Assembly (NCBI GenBank): GCA_002633005.1
Contig: NMRA01000058.1
Span: forward strand, 101,585-165,584
Length of the DNA stretch: 64,000 nt
Direction: 5' to 3'
Source: Phoronis australis
Taxonomy: Eukaryota; Animalia; Phoronida
Shown here piece after piece: positions 51,860-64,000 of the stretch (the first letter of the stretch is position 1; every line of letters starts with the position of its first letter). The notes under the pieces were generated by a model, which was given only the letters and a program-made list of their open reading frames with translations, was not told the DNA's origin and did not search any database. The position numbers and the translations under genes were made by a program.

Positions 51860-53585
51860 TGGTAAAAAGAAAAAATGGAATATCACGTAACAGATAGGAT
51901 TCTATTATTTCAAGATCAATTTTAAATGAGGAATATGTACTAAGTTTTGAGCTATAGCTATTCTCCACAGCAAAGCTGCAGTCTTGTAAAAAACAATCTT
52001 TAATTCGCTGCTCAAAAATTCAAAGTGACTTAAGTCAAAAGAAAATTTATTTAAAGATGGACTTAGAAAAAATTTAATTGAAAATGCGTTTTGGCAGCTA
52101 GTAAAATCATGCTCTAGGAAAATGACGTCAGACACTTCTATTTCTGCCGATGAATGGTTTTTACCCTTTCAGTCACTCTTAAACCAAGAAAATCCTGATA
52201 ATGGATGTATGCTTGGACAAGTAGAAAGAAACTTGGCAAATCATGATGTGTATTGTAATGACTGTATGGTAGATGACCCAAATCAATTGAATCATGATTT
52301 TAACGAAAGTGATATTTTTGTCGCTCTTGAGACCTACCGAATGGTAAAGCTTCCGGTGTTGACGGACTCGTTTATGAACTCTTTAAGTCCACCAAAGATT
52401 ATATAACACCTGTTTTGACAATCATTTTCATTAGTGCTCTATGATCAGGGGAATTTCCTCAGTCCTGGTGTGGCGCTATAATGTGTCCATTACATAAGCA
52501 AGGGGATGTCAATGACGTAAATAATTATCGGGGTAGTTCACTTTTACACAACTTTTAAATGCTCGTCTGACAAGTTGGGCCAACGATAATGACTTATTTA
52601 ACGAAGCTCAGGCTGGTTTTAGAAAGGGGCATAGTACAATAGACCAAATTTTTACCTTACAAGGAATTGTTCATCAGTTCTTGAGTAAGCGCAGGGGCAG
52701 ATTTTATGCTATATACGTGGATTTTTCTGGGGCCTTTGACAGCATTTCACATAAATTTTTGTGCAATAGGCTTCAAAACATAGGAATTCATGGTAGTGTT
52801 TTAAAATTGATGAAAAGTATGTATTCAAAGCTAAGAGTGTGTGTAAGAACTGAGCGTGGTTTAACTGACTTTTAGTAATAATATTGGTACTCGGCAAGGG
52901 TGTATGGTAAGTCCTTTTTTATTTAGTATGTATTTGAACGAGTTTGTTGATTTAAACTACAGCAACAAATTAACACTCTTTCAGGATTGGGGTATGAAAG
53001 TCAACCTTACAAAAACAAAAATAATGATATTAAGAAAAGGCGGATGATTGAGAAAATACGAAAAATGGCATTTCGGAAATGACAAAATTGATGTCATCTC
53101 CTCAGATAAGTACCTAGATATTTACGGAAACTTTGTCTCACCACGCACAGAAAGCAATTTTTTTTAGTCAAAATGTGGACGACTTTCACCGAAAATTGCA
53201 CTCCAGATTTTTGATAAAATGGTATACCTAATCATTAGCTATGGAAGTGAGATTTGGGGACTTAAAGAATATTGTAGTATCGAGCGTGTCCAATTGAAAT
53301 TCTGTAAGCAGCTGCTGGGTGTTGGAAGTAACTGTCTAAATCATGCTGTCCTGGGAGAACTGGGAAGGTGTCCAATTTATGTGAAGTTGTTTGTTAAACT
53401 GATCAAGTATTGGTTTTAATTGTTAAAAATGCCGGCACATCGAAATCCAAAATCTGTCTATGACAAGCTTGTCACACTGGATGAGGCGAGTAGGAAAAAT
53501 TGGGCTTGATCTGTTTGGAATTTGCTGCAAAGCTATGGTTTTGGATTGGTATGGTACAATCAGGAAGTTGGCTGCGAAGCATATT
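51860..53585 (+). mobile_element. Degenerate RTE-X-like LINE ORF2 (RT) fragment
   Basis: QAGFRKGHSTIDQIFTL, YVDFSGAFDSI, GTRQGCMVSPFLF, YGSEIWG, IERVQLKFCKQLLGV..AVLGELGR. Confidence 0.9.
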
Positions 53586-54452
53586 AGGTATTATTTACCA
53601 GTGTCATCATGAGATGAGTGATAAAATTTGAGAAGTCATGTCCTGGCCAAAAACAACGTAAAAGTATGTTGGCTATTATTACTTGTGAATTGACCTCTTA
53701 ACACAGGTCATAACGTGAGTATGAAAATTTCTTAAATAAGTATTGAGAAAAGTGTCTATTAGCCTAAAAAGCATGGTGCCCGAATTTGCCTGCATCATAA
53801 ATTAAAGAAGTTGGGGGGAAATCCGGACACCCGTTTTTTATCAAATCATGCTTTCTTGTATATTTTTTATTGTAATTAACACATAAAACAGCATAGTGAT
53901 GTATTAAGTGTCAAGTAAATTTAAGTTCATTTACATGACAATGGACCAAGTGACCTTAATGTAACTTGGAAAAGAGAGGGTACCTACTATAGACTTTCAA
54001 AATCACCACGTGAAGCAGACGACCGAGTAACGAAAGGTGTTGAACAAGCGTCATATATGTTGAAACTTTGTTCTAATTCAAGTGATGTGTTAAATAAATT
54101 TCTATTGTTGAAGGACTCGAATAATTTTTTCGTTTAGTGGTAAGGCAGCTTGGTTATTATCATATTTGACATTTATTTAGACTCGCCTGAATATTACCGC
54201 CGTCCGAGTTTCCCTAAACTGTACATCCCATATTAAATGATATAAACTAGTGTTTTGAGCGATCGATTGCTATTAATGATTACAGGTTATTCCCTTTGTT
54301 CTGAAAACGTGCTATTTGTTGCTATTTGGGCAAGTTTGGGCATGCCCTCAAGATCAACACTGCCAATTAAAATAACAACTTTCTAATGTTTCATTGTTTT
54401 CCTTTATATGAATTCTTCTAAATCTGAGATGACAGAGTTATTGTTTCTGTAG

Positions 54453-54504
54453 TTCAGCTAGTAGATGTGCTAAGTGTGCTAGCTTCAGCCATCCAGACAC
54501 AGAG
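54453..54504 (+). other. Possible 5'-UTR exon of the second CARD gene
   Basis: ttgtttctgtAG acceptor and GAG|GTATGT donor in non-repetitive DNA; splice signals only. Confidence 0.3.
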
Positions 54505-55098
54505 GTATGTTTCTGGCAAACTCTTAGAATTTTCTTGTGATAGATTACAAATTCTTAATTTTAATTTTGCATGTTGACGTTGGACCAGATAGTTTATCCT
54601 GGTTAAAAGTTGGCAATCTGATTAGCTTCCAACTCAAACAAATACTTCTGTTATACAGTTATACATCGTGATTTCCTTTTTGCAGCTAGTCTACTAAGTT
54701 GCTAAATTGTTTTACAGCCCTTTCACGTTGACTCAACTTCGGTCTGAGCTCGACGTAAACAGCGCAGTTAACTGGACTGTTCATACTAGCTTCGGTAGTT
54801 AATGAACATTGAAATAAGCGGTTGGTGCCGCTGTCGTGATCTAAGTTATTGCAAGGTAGTGTTGCACTCTAAGATTTTTTCTTAATGTCTCAATTTGGAA
54901 ACATTTAAACGTACTAAGTGACATTAAACTTATTTTTAAATGGATTGGTTATTATTAGAGCAAAATATAAGCAGTTGTTAGTGATGGACTGCCCTGTAAA
55001 TGTTGACGATAACAGTGACACCTGGCGATAACTTCGATTGGACCAAAGTTGAGCAATCATACTGCACCGCAGCATCGGTGCTACGCTATTAAATCCAC

Positions 55099-55162
55099 CT
55101 GTTAACTGCGATGTTAACTGGAGCTGTTAACTGCGATGTTAACTGGAGCTGTTAACTGCGAT
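55099..55162. repeat. 25-bp tandem repeat
   Basis: CTGTTAACTGCGATGTTAACTGGAG x ~2.5. Confidence 0.85.
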
Positions 55163-55589
55163 CCTGGTTTGGAGTTAGCGTTCATACTGACCGCAACTCC
55201 CCAAACCATCAACGCGTCGACATTAGACAGTATGAAAGGCCCTTTAGTCCAATGACATTTGGGTTCCAGAAATTTGTCACCAAGGAAGGCAATGCTTTGC
55301 AAGTGATTGAGGTACATCCCTTAATATGTTTAAGCTCATTGGTGAATCTGTTAGGTGACTATGGATGTTCTGTTTTGATTGAAAAATACTCACATGCAGT
55401 GTCTGTAATTTTGGTGGTGGAAGTAATGGTTGAGTATTTCCCAAAACCAAGAAGAACTAGTTATTGTTGAATGTTTTAAGTTATTCTGTTGGCATTTGCT
55501 TCAGCTATGCAAATTTTGCAGTCTGTCTCGTCTATGTCAGTTAAATGTGCAAAAAATGTTGAAGTTATGGTAAATTTTGGACTGCATTA

Positions 55590-58500
55590 CTATGTGTCCA
55601 CATATTTATAGGTGAGTGCATATTGCCATCATCTCTGTCCAGGTGTCCAGCGTCCGCAGCTATATCTCCTAAACCCCTCATAGGATCTTGATGAGATGTA
55701 GTAGATGTGTTCGTATAAAGCTTATGACTTATGACGACAAATTTCGGACCTATCTGACTACCACTGTGGTCCCTAGTGGCAATGTTATTTTTTTACTGTT
55801 GCCTCTGTACGTTTGTAATTCTTTGATGGATTTTTATGAAATTTGGCAAATAGATTTCTATTAAGGAGACAACAATACCTTTCCATTTTCGGATGGCTCT
55901 GACGATTCTGTGCCATCTAGTGGCTGTATTTCAAACTTTCGAGTCAGTTTTTTGGTGTCCATTTTGATGTGCCCACATTTTTATGCGCCCACATATTTAT
56001 ATGTGGACGCATTTTGCCGTACTCTCCGTGTGTCCGTCCTTCCGGCGTCCGGTATCCGGCATCTGGCGTCCGCTGTTGTATCTCCAGGACCCTTTGACGT
56101 ATGTTCATGAAATTTTGCACATATGTTTCTATCATAGATGGGACTGCATGAGCGAACTTTTGGACGGATCCGACTATCAGTGTGCCCCCTAGTGACAGTT
56201 TTAGTTTTTTACGCTTAATATCTTCAAAAGTTCTCTACGTATTTTCATATAATTTGGTATGTAGGCATCTATTTATGAGATGTCACTATCCTCCCGTTTT
56301 TCGGATTGATTCGACGTTGTTTGCGCCACCTAGTGGCCATTTTTGTTGTTTTCGAATCTGTTTTTTGACCTCCACCTCTCTATCAACCAAACCGTTCTAA
56401 GGATGATTGTGAAAATGTATGTTCTTACTATAAAAAGGACAGCTGCTGATGATTTTCCGACGATCTCGACTACTGTAGCGCTTCCTAGTGGCAGTTTTTT
56501 TTTTCGCCCATGGCTGTATCTCCTACATCGTTGGCAAGTGTATTTATATGATGTTGACAATAAATGACGACAACTTTCGGACGGATCTTACTACTGGTGT
56601 GCCACCTAGTGGCAATATAATTTTTTTACGTTCTCTGTATCTGCAAAGGTCCTCAATGTATTTTCATAAAATTTGGCATATAGGCATCTATTAATGAAAT
56701 GATGCTATCCTCCTGTTTTCGGATGAATTTGACATAGTCTAAGCCACCTAGTGGCCATTTTTACTGTTTTCGAGTCTTGTTTTTTGACATCCACTCCTCT
56801 GTAAACCAAACCAATCTAAGGATGATTGTGAAAATTGGCATGTGTGTTCTTACTACGAAGTTGATGATTTTCCGACGACTTAGACTACTGTGGCGCATCC
56901 TAGTTGGATTTTTTTGCACCCATGGCTGTATCTCCTAAACCGTTTGCAGGAGCTTCACTAAATTAAGCAAGTGTATTTTTATGACATTTACAACTGACAA
57001 TGACTTTCAAACCGACCTGATTACCAGTGTGACCCTTAGTGGCCATTTTAGTTTTTTATGTTTACCTCTGTATCTTCAATGGTCCTCAGCGGATTTTCCT
57101 GAAATTTTGAATAGTCATCTATTGGTGAGTTGACTCTATCTTCCCGTTTTCAGATGGAATTGAGGTATTTTAAGCCACCTAGTGGCCATTTTTGCTGTTT
57201 TGGAGTCTGTTTTTTGGGCGTCCACCCCTCTATCAACCAAACCATTCTTAGGATGGTTTTGAAAATTGGCGTATATGTTCTCAGTGTGAAAAGGACAGTT
57301 GACAATGATGTCTTCGACTATTGTGGCACCTCCTAGTGGTAGTTTTGTTTTGTTTGCACCCATGGCTGTATCTCTTAAACCCAATGCAGGAATGATGTTT
57401 ATTAAATTTAGTAATTGTATTTATATGAAGCTAACAACAGACTATGTCTTTCAGGCCAATCCAATGAACGCTGTGCCCCATAGTGGCAATTTCCTTTTTT
57501 CCATTTTCCTCCGTTTCTCTGAAGTTCCTTGGCAGATTTTTATTAAATTTGGTAATAAAAATAGCTTTCTATTTAAGAGGCAATGGCTTTTTCCCGTTTT
57601 CAGGTGGATTGGATGTTTTGGCCTCATCTAGGGGCTATTTTCATGAAACAAATAAACAAACCTAGAGGCACACCGTTTGCGGTGCATTCGTGGGCGCATT
57701 TCAACGCTCCGCGTTGCTCTTGTTACATGTGGGTGCATGTTGCGGTCATCTCTGTCTGGGCATCGGGCTGTATCTCCTAAACCCCTTGCAGGATGTTATT
57801 GAAATTTGGCAGGTGTGTTCCTATGGGGTTGACGACAGAGGGCGACGAGTTTCAGACCTACTGGAATGCTGTTTTGCCCCCTTGTGGCAATTTTAGTTTT
57901 TATGCGCCCACATATTTATATGTGGACGCATTATGCCGTCATCTCTGTCCGTCCGTCCGGGCGGCGTCCGGCGTCCGCTGCTCTATCTCCAAAACCCTTT
58001 GACATACGTTCATGAAATTTGGCACATATGTTCCATTCATGAATGGGACGGCATGTGCGAACTTTCGGACGGATCCGACTACCGGTGTGCCCCCTAGTGG
58101 CAATTTTAGTTTTTTACGCTTACCTTTGTATCTTCAAAAGTCCTGAACGGATTTTCATGAAATTTGGTATGTAGGCACCTATTAGTGAGATGACGCTATC
58201 CTACTGTTTTCAGATGGATTCGACGTAGTTTGCGCCACCTAGTGGCCATTTTTACTGTTTTCGAGTCTGTATTTTTGCGTCCACCCCTCTATCAACCAAA
58301 CCGCTCAAAGGATGATTGTGAAAATTGGCGTGTATGTGCTTACTATAAGGAAGACAGCTGACAATGATTTTCAGACGATTTGGACTACTGTGGCGCCTCC
58401 TAGTGGCAGTTTTTTTTTTTTGCGCCCATGGCTGTATCTCCCAAACCGTTTGCAGGATCTTTACTAAATTTAGCAAGTGTATTTATGTGATGTTGACAAC

Positions 58501-60130
58501 GGACGATGACGACTTTAGGATGATTCTGACTACCGGTATGCCTCTAGTGGCAATTTTAGTATTTGCCTCTAGTGGCAATTTTAGTATTTTACATTGACCT
58601 CTGTATTTTCATAGGTCTTCAGGTGTATACTTCGTGTTACTTCGTGACTATGAAGGAAAAGTTCCAAGTAGAAATTTGTTTCTGGCATTCTAATGCTGTG
58701 CTAATCTCGTATGTTGGTAAATTTGTTTTTAATTCTATGTTTCTGTGGTGCTTTAAGCAACTGGTGTATAGGATGTGCTTGTATTATGAAGATTACTCAC
58801 ATTTTGCCCCTAGCCTATTGAGGAGACAATGTTCACGCCTTTCCATTTTGCTAAGTACAACATACATATATGCCCTCTACTGGCCACTTTATGGTACCAA
58901 TAAACAACCCTAGAAGGATACCGTTTGCGGTGCAATTGTGGGCGCATTTCAACGCTTTGCGTTGCTCTTGTTTATGTTTGCCTCTGTATCTTCAAATGTC
59001 CGCAACCGATTTTCATGAAATTTGACTTATAAGCATCCATTAATGAAGTGACGCTATCCTTTCGTTTTCAGATGGATTCGAGGGATTTTGCACCATCTAG
59101 TGGCCATTTTTAGTGTTTTTGAGACCGTTCTATGGCGCCTACTAGTGGCAGTTTTGTTTGTTTTTGCACCCATGGCTGTATCTTCTAAACGCTCTACAGG
59201 ATTTTTATTAAATGCAGCAAATGTGTTTATATGAAGTTGATGGCGGACGACGAGGACTTTCGGACAGATCAGACTACAGGTGTGCCTCCTAGTGGCAAAT
59301 TTAGTTTTTACGTTTACATCTGTAAAATTGGCATGCAGGCATCTATTAATGAGGTGACGCTATCCTCCTGTTTTCGTATGGATTTGAGGTATTTTACGCC
59401 ACCTAGTGGCCATTTTTACAGTTTTCGAGTCTGTTTTTTTGGCGTCCGTCCCTCCGTCAACCAAACCACTCTAGGGATGGTTGTGAAAATTTGCATGTAT
59501 GTTCTTACAATAAAGAGGACAATGTTTTTCCGATGACTTTGACTACTGTGGCACCTCCTAGTGACAGTTTTTGTTTTTGTTTTGCGCCCAGGCATACCTG
59601 TATCCCCTAAGCCCTCTGCAGGATCTTTATTAAATTTAGCGCCTGTATTTATATGAAGTTAACAATGGAAGACGATGACTTTCAGACGGGTCCAATAAAA
59701 CTGCCCCCTAATGGCAATTTCATGTATTTCTGTTTTCCTCTGTTTCTCGATGAAATTTCATGAAATTTGTTAAATAGCTTTCTTTTAAAGAACAGTGACA
59801 TTTTCCGGTTTTCAGACGAATTCGACGGATTTTGCTCGATCTAGTGGCCATTTTTACTGTTATCTAGTCTGTTTTTGGCATCCGCTCTCTGTCAACCAAA
59901 CCACTCTTAAGATGATTGTGAAAATTGGCTTATGTATTGTTAGTGTGAAGAGGACGGCTTCAATTACTGTGGCGGCTCCTAGTGGCATTTTTTTTGCCCT
60001 TAGCTGTATCTCCTAAGCCCTCTGCATAATGTTTATATGTTTATTTAATTTAGCAAGTGTATTTATATGACGTTGGCAACGGAAGACGACAACTTTCAGG
60101 CGGATCCAATGAATGCTTTGTCCCCTAGTG
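55590..60130 (+). mobile_element. Nested cluster of HINE family A copies
   Basis: 5' ends at ~55590, 55983 and 57902; 3' ends at ~57724 and 58971; many CCTAGTGGC subrepeats. Confidence 0.88.
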
Positions 60131-61802
60131 ATGTCTGATTTATGTAGAACCCTGACCACACAACTCTGTAGATGCAGTGGTTACTGAAAAGTGTAGAACA
60201 CTGGTTGGAGGCTATAGATCAAGCCCGACTGATTCATACTTGGACCCATAGATGCGGATCCGCCTAATTCACAAACGAAAAAGAAGTGTGGATGGAGGCT
60301 TTGTTAAAAACACAAAAAATAATTATGTTTTCAAAATGAAAATAGCGTATTGACTGGGAGACAGTCAATCAAAAACTCATCACTCTCTTGAGTCAAAGAT
60401 CGAACATGAAGAAAACTTTAATGTCTTTTCATAGACTGGTTGTATTTCATAATCAAATGCTCAGTTACTGCGCTCGCCTTCAATCTTCAAATTAGTGGTG
60501 TTACACTACCTAAGTGAACTCATGTATTAGTGAAACATTAGAATTGGGTTAATTTATCTCACCCTATTACGGAACTGAAATTCTAGCCTAAAAGTAGCAG
60601 CGGACCACCACAAAATTGGGTCAGGTGGTGGCCGGTTGGCAATCATGGTCAATAATAAGAGTCAGCTGGGGGGTTCACCTTTTGAGTACTAGGCTGACGG
60701 TCGACTAAAAATTAGCCAACCGGTCGCCTATTTTGCCAACCGGTGGACGACCAGTCAAATCCTGGCTGACTGGTCAAACAAAAATTTGTGATGTGTGCCA
60801 CAGGTTCTTATCTTTGTCTGAGATTGGGCTAATGTGTTTCTTACAATTAAATTATATTGCATCGTTATCTCTGGTTATGAAATGGTGTTTGTAGATCATT
60901 GTTTGAAATGTCTGTGCTTTGTTGGAACTGACACAATGCCTCATACATTGCTCACATCTCTATCTTCCAAACTACATGTAGAATCATGATGAAGGGTAAT
61001 AAGTGTGTTCTGTTTTAGGAGACTGTTTTTGACTTGTTTTTCAGTCCTAGAGGCTATTTTCAGTTAACTAGCACTGCTTCCTTTAGTGGTACTGTTTAAA
61101 ATAATGATCATCCCTTATATCTGTGCTCTATGCGATGCACACTGTGGGCGCATATCAGTGCTCCGCGGTGCTCTTGTAGTCATTCTATATCCCTGATTGA
61201 GATAAAATTATTAAATTTCAATTACACTTGGAAAATCGTGGTGGTATCTACAACTTGGTCACACAAGTCCAACAATATGTCAGTCGAATTTACTGCCTGT
61301 GGTGTTCACTGTCCGTTGATTTGCGGATCAGTCAACCGTTGATCAGATCTGTATTCTTCATCTGATTATTGTCAGAACATTTCGAAAACGAAGTTGTTTC
61401 ATCTGTATATCACACATTCATTCAAAATGCTCTTACTCAAACTGACAGATTTATATCACGTGTCATCTTGCACATACAATCAGCTGAGTCAATCCTGGGC
61501 AAATGGGTATAAAAGTCCCACATATTTTCAAGGTGTTCTTAACGTTTGTACACCGCGGTTTTGAGAATGAAAACGATTAATCTGTGGGTTATTTATGATA
61601 TAGTTTGATTCACCAGTGTTGTGTAAATTGTCTACAGTTTCTAGACTTCCAAATGGTGGAAAGTTTTCAAATTGGATTTTTAAGAGCATCAGTTCAGAGT
61701 TCTCTGCTTTATAATGTTGCACAGATTATGATTCAGTTTCAAATTCTCACAAAGACTGCTCATATCTTTTTATAGAACTTGTCCTTTAAATGGTAGCTCA
61801 CC

Positions 61803-61934
61803 ATGGATCCTATTCATGTACAAGCCCTCAAGAAGAATCGTAAGAACTGCGTTGATAATTTAGAGGTGGTAGACCTTCTGCCTGTCTTGGCTGAGCATGA
61901 TGTGTTCACCGACAACATGATTGAAAGGATAAAG
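61803..61934 (+). CDS. Second CARD gene, coding exon 1
   Basis: Acceptor at 61774-61775, Kozak-like CACCATGG; MDPIHVQALKKNRKNCVDNLEVVDLLPVLAEHDVFTDNMIERIK then GTTAGT; phase 0. Confidence 0.9.
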
Positions 61935-62958
61935 GTTAGTTTGCTCCATCACTCTGGCCTAGTGATGATGTTTCATACCGATTGTCAATCACTGTTTTCT
62001 TGAGCTTTTCGGATATTTTTGCCCAAATTCTATTTGTAATAGTTCTCAAAAATGTCGACAAATGTTGTCAAAATTTACCTGGCTTCTTCGAAGTTATGCA
62101 AAAACCCATATGGCAAAACAGACAGAAAGTAACTCTTAATGTTGCCTCAGTATTTCATTGGTTATCAGTATCAAGAAAGTCTTGTGAAGCTTAATTAATA
62201 CACTGGTTGACAAATGCATGGATAACGGTACCCAATTGACTTTGTGTTTCACATTCTGTTGCTAGATTCAAACCAAACTTTGATGTTCCACTTCTTGTAT
62301 TAATTAAAGGCTGTACGTTTTTAAGATGGGACTGAGATGTGACATTTTTGATTAGAAACGTAGTAATGTTATGTAGATTAATAGGTAACAACTGCTTCCA
62401 TTTTGGTATTTGAAATAAAAATTAATTAATTATTCTCATTGCTTCTAAGAAAGGTGACTCTTGACAAATGAGTTGTTGTTTTCAGAAAAAAATTTGTAAT
62501 TATTTACCTGTCTGTCTGTGTGTGTGTACACAAGTATTAGAAATTCAGTAATGGAAGAAATCATAGGAACTACTTTTATGACTAAAAATCGCCTGCATTG
62601 AATAAGTAACTATTATAGGCAAATATGGTTTTAAGGTAAAAACAAGTATGAAATAAATTTTTGATAAGCTGAGTACAAATTTTACTTTACAATACTTTTT
62701 ACTTAGTGGAATTATTTAGTTGTTAATGTGATTAGATATTCTGCCAAAAAGCTTAATTTATCTTTGTTTTTCGTTGACAGTTGTAACTTTGTAAATGACA
62801 CTATGGAAGCTTTGAATAAATATACTGCTACTAGTACGATATTGAAGAATGTGTTACTTTCTATCAGACACTGACTGGTTTTATTTCAAAATTCAGTGAT
62901 ATGTTTCAGCTTAGATATCAGTCCATTAAGTGTTTGCCCTTTCTAATCATTGCTGTAG

Positions 62959-63134
62959 AATGAGGGTGCACGCTCCAGCCAAGCACAGAAGTTGATGTCT
63001 GACTTGCCCCGTCGAGGACGCCATGCCTACGAAAGCTTCCTGCGCTGTCTAGAGGAGACCAAGCAGGGGTTCTTGGCGGATGATATACGCCAAAAAGAGG
63101 CCCAAATCAGAGATGACCTGGCGGCCAAACAGAG
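62959..63134 (+). CDS. Second CARD gene, coding exon 2 (caspase-2/9/RAIDD-type CARD)
   Basis: NEGARSSQAQKLMSDLPRRGRHAYESFLRCLEETKQGFLADDIR...; AG/GT bounded; gene continues beyond the window. Confidence 0.9.
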
Positions 63135-63384
63135 GTTTGTTACTTGTTGCACAGACGTGGCTTTTTAATGCAGATATGTAGACTGACTGAATGTATTTTA
63201 CAAGACTAATGATCATCATATTCTTGGTACTCAATAACCAAATTCTCCCTAACAAGACCCAGGTTCCTCAGAAAATACTAAAGGGTACACTCATTGGTAT
63301 TGTCCAATAAATTCAGTTAATGCACTTGACGTAAGCAATTCTGCCATCATCAATTTTAGTTAAGAAATAAATTGAAATTTTAAG

Positions 63385-63470
63385 TACTCGCCCCAATAAG
63401 AGCCCGTGCCCCTATAAGCACACCCCACGCGTTTTCAGACTTCCCTAAAATAAGCGCCCAGTCCATGAAT
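63385..63470. mobile_element. Left end of a mariner/pogo-type MITE
   Basis: Repeated AATAAG(A/C)GCCC subterminal motif. Confidence 0.4.
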
Positions 63471-64000
63471 GTGTACATGTGAAAAATGTTTCAAATACAG
63501 TTCTAAAATTCTACAGTAATATCTTCAATTTATCAATAAGAACAGACAATCCTGAAAAAAGTCATTTAACGTGGAATTTGTAGACCACGAGCCTTGCCTC
63601 TATGTCGGTATTTAGCCGTGACTACACTTCAAACGTCTACCATGCTTCAAAAAGAACGCAAAAGTTTTGATGATCTTACGAGGAATGTGTCCCATTATGG
63701 CCTGGCCTTTCAGAACAGACGCAGCATACTTGTCAAAGGGATTGTATGGTATCTTTCCCATACAGATCTTCTCTCTCAACAGGAATCCAAATTTCTTTGT
63801 ATGCGTAAAAACCGCGAATCGAAGACTGCTAAAAAATTGACCTTTGTTAAAACCACATGGCCAGGAAGTGTGCTCTTCATACATGTACCTGTCATCGAAG
63901 ACATCAGTCTTCGGGAACTATCTATTCATGAAAGGGGTAGCATGGCATCGGCAAGAAATGAATTTCAGCGCTAATTTCTGAAAGTTTCTAATACTGTAAA

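Noticed and set aside
55910-60016. Many short ORFs with TVAPPSG/VPPSGN motifs
   Set aside because: Incidental translations of HINE subrepeats; frames are not conserved between copies
63594-63974. 126-aa ORF as exon 3 of the second CARD gene
   Set aside because: No caspase or death-domain motifs, and it lies just downstream of an apparent MITE left end

Overview
AT-rich, repeat-dense animal genomic DNA. The transposon repertoire suggests a marine invertebrate, probably a lophotrochozoan, but that is inference. Two host genes lie on the + strand. The first is a complete 8-coding-exon CARD-caspase of about 430 aa (8761-28365, caspase-2/9/CED-3-like, with SHG and QACQG catalytic motifs). The second is the first two exons of another CARD-domain gene (61803-63134), which continues beyond the window. 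Almost everything else is nested mobile DNA: a decayed Ty1/copia, CR1/L2 and RTE-X LINE fragments, Penelope inverted pLTRs with hammerhead-like cores, Kolobok and ISL2EU deletion derivatives with THAP remnants, hAT-like elements with 6-bp TSDs, a TIR element with a 13-bp TSD and a tRNA-bearing solo-LTR-like element. The dominant repeat is a Helentron-associated (HINE/DINE-1-like) family whose ~145-bp subrepeats each carry a CTCF-consensus-like motif. An orphan intronless USP (peptidase C19) fragment preceded by a hairpin-rich GC segment lies at about 37.9-39.5 kb. All calls come from reading by eye with no database searches, and TE boundaries without TSDs are approximate.
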